Of a DNA stretch of 10,680 nucleotides, positions 5,552 through 10,680 are shown in pieces. Every line of letters starts with the position of its first letter. Within the stretch, counting starts at the first letter, position 1. The notes below the pieces were generated by a model. It saw only the letters and a list, made by a program, of their open reading frames with translations, was not told the origin of the DNA and did no database searches. Source of the DNA: Desulfobacterales bacterium (GTDB lineage Bacteria; Desulfobacterota; Desulfobacteria; Desulfobacterales; UBA5616); contig JAWODC010000003.1 of the NCBI GenBank assembly GCA_046483495.1, forward strand, positions 1 through 10,680. Reading direction: 5' to 3'. The position numbers were made by a program, and so were the translations under genes.

Positions 5552-8500
5552 ATGATTCAATGCTTCAATAAGTATCGGCTATCGTTATCGCTTTTTTTAA
5601 TCGCCCAGCTCATGCTGCCGCCCACATTACTCGCCCGTCAGCCGCAAATCCCAGGATTTTACGGCAGCGCTACCAACCTGCCTCAGGTGCCTCCCAACTC
5701 CCTTCCTATAGTCAAACCGGATGGTCTTGTTCAGGGTGTGGCCGGTTTGAGCCGTCCTCGGAGCAGTGAATTGATTGTACATCAAAATCAGCCCAAGGCA
5801 ATTGTTGACTGGAAATCATTTAATATCGGAAAGCAAGCCTGGACCCATTTTGACCAGAAAGGCAACACCGATTGGGAGGCACTCAACCGTATCTATGACC
5901 AGAATCCCAGCCAGATATTCGGAAAACTCACGGCAGATGGGAAAATTTACCTGATCAATCAGAATGGCATTCTTTTCGGTCCGGATTCCCAGATTAATGT
6001 GCATTCTCTTGCGGCGTCATCTCTGAATATCGCTCAAGATGACTTCCTAAAAGGTGTTATGCATTTTACCGGCGATGACACAGCCGGGGCGGTTTGCAAT
6101 CGCGGCAGCATACAAGCGGGCACAGGCGGCTTCGTCTATTTGGCATCTCCGGAGGTCGAGAATTCAGGAACGATCAACGCACCGGCCGGGCAAGTGGCTC
6201 TGATAGCGGGAAACGACGCGGAAATGAAGTTGTTGGACAGAACCTTTCCCCATATTTGGGTAACGCCCGGGGAAAAAGGCACGGCCGTGAACACTGAAAC
6301 AGGAAGCATCACCGCGGACGCCGGTCTTGCCGGCATGTATGGAAAAAACGTCAATCAGAACGGATATATTCGGTCGATAACCGCCATCACCAACAATGGT
6401 CGTATTGAACTCAAAGCCTCGGAAAAAGTTACGACAGGTGCTGCCAGTAGAACCATCGCTCCGATAAGCGGCGATACGGAAAAGGTTCATTCGAGTTTTC
6501 AGCTTTCGGGTGGACACATAGAGATTGCGGGTCTGGATCAGAAAAAAGTCGTCAATATAGCCACCAATGAAATGAAGAATCAAACCACATCCACAAGAAT
6601 AATTGAACACGGTGGCGACCTAACGGCAAAGTCGGGAACCATCATCATGGATGCTACGGATCGCATCTATTTGGATGCCGGCAGCCGTTTGGATGTGAGC
6701 GGTGAATGGGTCGACCGGCCTTCTGAATCCGTTGCTGTCGATGTGCAATTAAACAGCGTGGAACTGAAAAATGATTTTTCCCAGAAAAACGGTATATTAC
6801 AGGGGAAAACCATGACTGTTCTGCCACAGGAAGGCTCCACTATCGGAGATTTATCCGCCCACTTGCATGGGGAATTTCTAACCGCGCGAGAAATGGCTAC
6901 AGCCGGAGGAGAGATTCAACTTCAGACGGAAAATGGAGATATCATCATAAGAGACGGGTACGATGGGAAAGAGGCTGCACGAATTGACTTTTCAGGGGGG
7001 GGTACCCGAGTACCAGATGGTCATCATAATATTACCCAACTGTTGTCGGGCAACAAAGTATATGACATCAGTGAAGCACCGGAGTCGATTCAATACGACA
7101 CTATTGCCAATTACCAGGAATTTGTGGATGAGCGTTACGGAACGATTGATCGATACGAGGGTCTTTACTTTGGCGGCGCAACGCCATTGTTGAGCTTTAC
7201 TACCGGGTATATACAAGGAGATGATGCCGGTACATTATCCCTCATTGCCAAAGGCATTGTGCTTGACGGCATTCTTCTGGGATCGGCAACTGCCGGTCTT
7301 TACCAAACCGAGACGGAAATTCCGGTTGAGCCATATGGCAATTACACGCTTCAAACTGCTTCAGGGGTAAAGGCTCCCCGTGGCGGAGAGTTGTTCATCG
7401 GGCCTGATAATCCACAGCTTGCTACGGGGACCTCTGTGGATCATGTTGTCGATGAGTTGGTAATCGTTAAGGAGGCACCGGTCCTTCCAGAGGATTTTTC
7501 TATTGAAACCGATTTAAAAACAGTCTCGATTGACGGCAATCAGCCGTATCTGTCTGAATTCCAAAACAGTCAAGGCCCGCTTTTTCGCAGTGTGATTTCA
7601 GCCGACAAACTCAGTGCCGCAGGTCTGAGCAATCTGACGGTTCAGTCCAACACAAAAATCACAGTTGATACGGATGCTGAATTGAAACTGCGCCCGGGGG
7701 GTTTGCGACTTAAATCCACCGGCACGTACGTGGTGGGTATGGCCCCGGAATATTGGGATGCTGCGCCTGCAAAGTTGGAACTTAGGGCCCGCGCGTTGGA
7801 ATATAATGGGAATATTGAAATTCCCGGTGGTGAAGTAAACTTCATCATCACTGATACGCTAACATCCGAAATGAATCCCGCGGATAAGACTGTTCAACTG
7901 GTCGATCGTGTGTTGATGAATGAGGGCGCCAGGGTCGTCGTTGCCGGGGAAAGAATTGACAACTCCCTTGCCGAGAATATTGGGGGGCTAAAAAGCGGCT
8001 TTATTGATGGGGGAAGTCTTCGTGTAACAGACAATACGTATTTCGGGGGAGAACTGATTCTGGGCACATATTCCCTTTTGGATGTCAGTGGCGGCTATGA
8101 GATCAAGCCCGATGGAAATATCAAAGCCGGTTCTGCCGGCAGTATAGAATTGAAAGGGAAATCCCTGGTTTTAGAAGCCGGCTTAAGAGGCCACTCGCTT
8201 ATCGGCGAAACAGGCGGCGCCATTACATTGCATACGGATACCCTTATCGTAGACCAAGAAGGTCCTTTGCTTTCCCCCGGGTTTGGATTCGATGACGAAT
8301 TGGCGGATGAGTTGAAGGCGCAGCTGGTACTAAAACAGGATCAACTGGCGGATACCGGATTTACTGATATTACGCTAAAAAGCTATAAGGATTTGAATTT
8401 TGCCGGTGATATCCTGCTGGAACCTTCATGTATTAAGATGGCCTTTCCCGAACCGTCTGTCACAAACCTTGTTGCCGGAGGCAATCTAAACCCTGGAGAA

Positions 8501-10213
8501 TCAATTCGTCTGCAAGGCCTCACCATAGACAGTGAAAATGAATATGTTAAGGTTCCCCTGGAATATCTCGGAGATTCCGGCATCACCGCCAAAGCCGGAC
8601 TGCCTGTGGTGCGTTCAGAGGAAGTAATTAGTGAAATAGACACCTACACGGTATATGTACAGCCAAATGCAACCCTAAAAGTGGCGCCGGAAGGTCATAT
8701 CACATTATCCGGGCTGATCACCGATATCGCCGGCAGCTTGATCGCTCCGTCCGGAAATATAAACCTGACAGCCTCCGGAGAGCTCCGAGACCTCATTATC
8801 CGTAAAGGAAGCAGCCTCAGCGCCGGCGGATACAACCGGAAAATCCCGGAATCGTACATAGCTGAACTCGGCTATCAATATGACATCCTGGATGGGGGTT
8901 CGGTGACGCTGACTGCAAAATCCGGCAGTATCCTTATGGAACCGGGATCCCGGATCGATATCTCCGGTTCTCAACCGGTGAATGGAATTGTTTACCAAGC
9001 CGACGGCGGCATCATCACAAAAGCCATGGCCGCTCGTTCCGGTTCGTTAACCCTGAAGTATCTTAATGAGTTGACGTTAGATGGAGAGTTTAGCGGACAC
9101 GCTTACCACAAAACCGTTCACGGTGCTTCTCTCTCCATCACCAAAGAAAATTTATTCTTTTCAATGACCGTCGATGAAAATGATCTAAATCGCTATATCG
9201 CTGCCGGTTTTGATGCCGTCTCACTCAGCAGTTTAAAAGAACTGGCGTTTTCCGGAAATATCAACATGGAGGGAAATGAAGCGGGTAACCCGTTATTGCG
9301 TCGTCTAATTTTGGACGCACCGCGTATCAGCGGGAATGGAGAAGATCAGAACGTCTCCTTTGATGCGGCTGAAATCATATTGGCCAATACCCAAGCAAAA
9401 TATGGGGACAGTTCAGAGCAGATATCCTATTTAAACCTTGTTGGCGACACCCAATCATTGGAGGCCGGTGATGGCGACAGCCGGTTTGCGCTTGACGGAG
9501 AATATATGGAAATTAATGGTAGTGTCGCTGTCTCCGGATTTAACACCATTTCACTCGATGCCACAAAAGATATTCGGCTCACAGACGATGTTTATTATAA
9601 CAATACCGGGCGCCTGATGTGGAAAGGGCAGTTGAGAACGCCCGGAGACCTGACCGTACGGTCAGCCCGTATCTATCCCACCACGCAGTCTGATTTTACC
9701 TTGGCATCGGATGAAGGACGAATCACCATTTTGCCGGCAGCGTCGAAAACAGGCGGCCCCATTGTTTCTGCCGGGGGGGCGCTGACCATTGCCGCCAATG
9801 AAATCGATCATCAGGGATTTCTGGCCGCGCCAATGGGACAAATCCGGTTCAAGGGTCCGGACCTGCTCAATGACGATGACAAAGCAGCAACTGTTTTTCT
9901 GGCCGGCGGCAGCGTCACTTCCGTGACGGCCAAAGGGTCGATACAGTATGGCCATCTGGTCGAGGATGCAAATTGGAATGTTCCTCTCAAACCCAGAGAA
10001 TGGACCCTTACGAGTGTGGTCAATTACGAATTGATGGAATCCACGCCTGAAAAAAGCGTGAGCGTCAACGGGGACACCGTGGTCATGCAAACCGGAGCCC
10101 TGATCGACTTTGCGGGGGGCGGTGCTATTTTTTCGGCCGAATTTACACCTGGAACCAAAGGGCTTGAAAATCCATTAACGGCAAAGAATACTTATGTTGT
10201 TGGGCCGAGCTGA
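5552..10213 (+). CDS. Filamentous-haemagglutinin-family exoprotein with an N-terminal two-partner-secretion domain; probably 3'-truncated
   Basis: Signal peptide, then the haemagglutination/TPS domain (QNQPKAIVDWKSFNIG...LNRIYDQNPSQIFGKLTADGKIYLINQNGILFG...INVHSL). Gly/Ser/Ile-rich beta-helix-like repeats follow (GSRLDVSG, ARIDFSGG, SLLDVSGG, GSRIDISG, GALIDFAGG). The stop codon lies just past an abrupt change in sequence character. Confidence 0.88.
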   Translation: MIQCFNKYRLSLSLFLIAQLMLPPTLLARQPQIPGFYGSATNLPQVPPNSLPIVKPDGLVQGVAGLSRPRSSELIVHQNQPKAIVDWKSFNIGKQAWTHFDQKGNTDWEALNRIYDQNPSQIFGKLTADGKIYLINQNGILFGPDSQINVHSLAASSLNIAQDDFLKGVMHFTGDDTAGAVCNRGSIQAGTGGFVYLASPEVENSGTINAPAGQVALIAGNDAEMKLLDRTFPHIWVTPGEKGTAVNTETGSITADAGLAGMYGKNVNQNGYIRSITAITNNGRIELKASEKVTTGAASRTIAPISGDTEKVHSSFQLSGGHIEIAGLDQKKVVNIATNEMKNQTTSTRIIEHGGDLTAKSGTIIMDATDRIYLDAGSRLDVSGEWVDRPSESVAVDVQLNSVELKNDFSQKNGILQGKTMTVLPQEGSTIGDLSAHLHGEFLTAREMATAGGEIQLQTENGDIIIRDGYDGKEAARIDFSGGGTRVPDGHHNITQLLSGNKVYDISEAPESIQYDTIANYQEFVDERYGTIDRYEGLYFGGATPLLSFTTGYIQGDDAGTLSLIAKGIVLDGILLGSATAGLYQTETEIPVEPYGNYTLQTASGVKAPRGGELFIGPDNPQLATGTSVDHVVDELVIVKEAPVLPEDFSIETDLKTVSIDGNQPYLSEFQNSQGPLFRSVISADKLSAAGLSNLTVQSNTKITVDTDAELKLRPGGLRLKSTGTYVVGMAPEYWDAAPAKLELRARALEYNGNIEIPGGEVNFIITDTLTSEMNPADKTVQLVDRVLMNEGARVVVAGERIDNSLAENIGGLKSGFIDGGSLRVTDNTYFGGELILGTYSLLDVSGGYEIKPDGNIKAGSAGSIELKGKSLVLEAGLRGHSLIGETGGAITLHTDTLIVDQEGPLLSPGFGFDDELADELKAQLVLKQDQLADTGFTDITLKSYKDLNFAGDILLEPSCIKMAFPEPSVTNLVAGGNLNPGESIRLQGLTIDSENEYVKVPLEYLGDSGITAKAGLPVVRSEEVISEIDTYTVYVQPNATLKVAPEGHITLSGLITDIAGSLIAPSGNINLTASGELRDLIIRKGSSLSAGGYNRKIPESYIAELGYQYDILDGGSVTLTAKSGSILMEPGSRIDISGSQPVNGIVYQADGGIITKAMAARSGSLTLKYLNELTLDGEFSGHAYHKTVHGASLSITKENLFFSMTVDENDLNRYIAAGFDAVSLSSLKELAFSGNINMEGNEAGNPLLRRLILDAPRISGNGEDQNVSFDAAEIILANTQAKYGDSSEQISYLNLVGDTQSLEAGDGDSRFALDGEYMEINGSVAVSGFNTISLDATKDIRLTDDVYYNNTGRLMWKGQLRTPGDLTVRSARIYPTTQSDFTLASDEGRITILPAASKTGGPIVSAGGALTIAANEIDHQGFLAAPMGQIRFKGPDLLNDDDKAATVFLAGGSVTSVTAKGSIQYGHLVEDANWNVPLKPREWTLTSVVNYELMESTPEKSVSVNGDTVVMQTGALIDFAGGGAIFSAEFTPGTKGLENPLTAKNTYVVGPS

Positions 10214-10680
10214 TCGCTGAGTCAGATATGACTGTCGAGTGGATCGATGAGATGCGCAAACTGGACAGCCAGGAAGCATATGAAACACACCTTGTCGAAC
10301 TACATCCACTGGAGGCCGACCCATCACAGTTGCTAGAGAGCGTGCGTGATGACCTCACTACGCTGTGTGAACTGTACAACGACGACGACGTCGCCGACCG
10401 ACTCGGTACAAATCCGATGAAGTACGTCGGGAATGACCTGCTTGACGTCGGTGTGAGGATCATCGACACGAATATCGAGGCTACAACCCCGATTCGGCAA
10501 ATCGAACTGTGTTTTGAGCTGTGTGATGTACTTACGAATGGTGACGGCGATCGGTATGCTAACGGGACCTACTATGGGAACAAGTCCTTTCGGGAGAGCG
10601 ATAGCCCAACAGCCACGCGGTTCCGGGACGCGATGGACGGGGTTCTTGACACGCTCGCACCAGAAACTCGACCAACGGAC
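10201..10680 (+). CDS. Partial, highly acidic hypothetical protein of apparently foreign (haloarchaeal-like) origin; not in the ORF track because it has no stop in the window
   Basis: Frame +1 is open from 10168 to the window end. From 10201 it reads WAELIAESDMTVEWIDEMRKLDSQEAYETHLVELHPLEADPSQLLESVRDDLTTLCELYNDDDVADRLG...; I count 36 D+E and 3 K in 160 residues, with frequent GAC/GAG/GTC codons. First ATG at 10228, no clear SD. Confidence 0.6.

Noticed and set aside
10165..10235. TGA read-through (selenocysteine) or a -1 frameshift extending the FHA-like protein
   Set aside because: Another in-frame TGA follows six codons later. The -1 frame encodes an acidic sequence unlike the beta-helix repeats, and there is no slippery site.
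1036..10469. Short alternative-frame and antisense ORFs in the track (e.g. 3163-3804, 6164-6610, 9662-10090, 10143-10469, 5062-5253)
   Set aside because: They overlap well-supported genes or regulatory DNA and show no recognisable motifs. 10143-10469 is the antisense shadow of the acidic ORF.

Overview
A 10.7-kb, all plus-strand cell-surface locus, probably from a Desulfobacterota-type (deltaproteobacterial) genome; the taxonomy is inferred from gene style and repeat type. In order: (1) a GEMM-I/cyclic di-GMP-I-type riboswitch (34-250) whose P3 loop is expanded to about 135 nt; (2) a secreted VPxP/PEP-CTERM exosortase substrate; (3) a secreted, very Cys-rich protein on a PstS-like periplasmic-binding-protein scaffold, then a strong terminator; (4) an exported folding factor with two SlyD/FKBP-type domains and a CxxS thioredoxin-like domain; (5) a structured leader with a terminator-like hairpin; (6) a large filamentous-haemagglutinin-family (TPS domain) exoprotein. 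Two related MITE/REP-like palindromic elements lie upstream of genes 3 and 4. The exoprotein stops abruptly near 10200, where the sequence switches to an unrelated, very acidic, haloarchaeal-looking ORF that runs off the window; this is most likely a chimeric junction or foreign insertion. All family calls are by-eye motif recognition, not database results.
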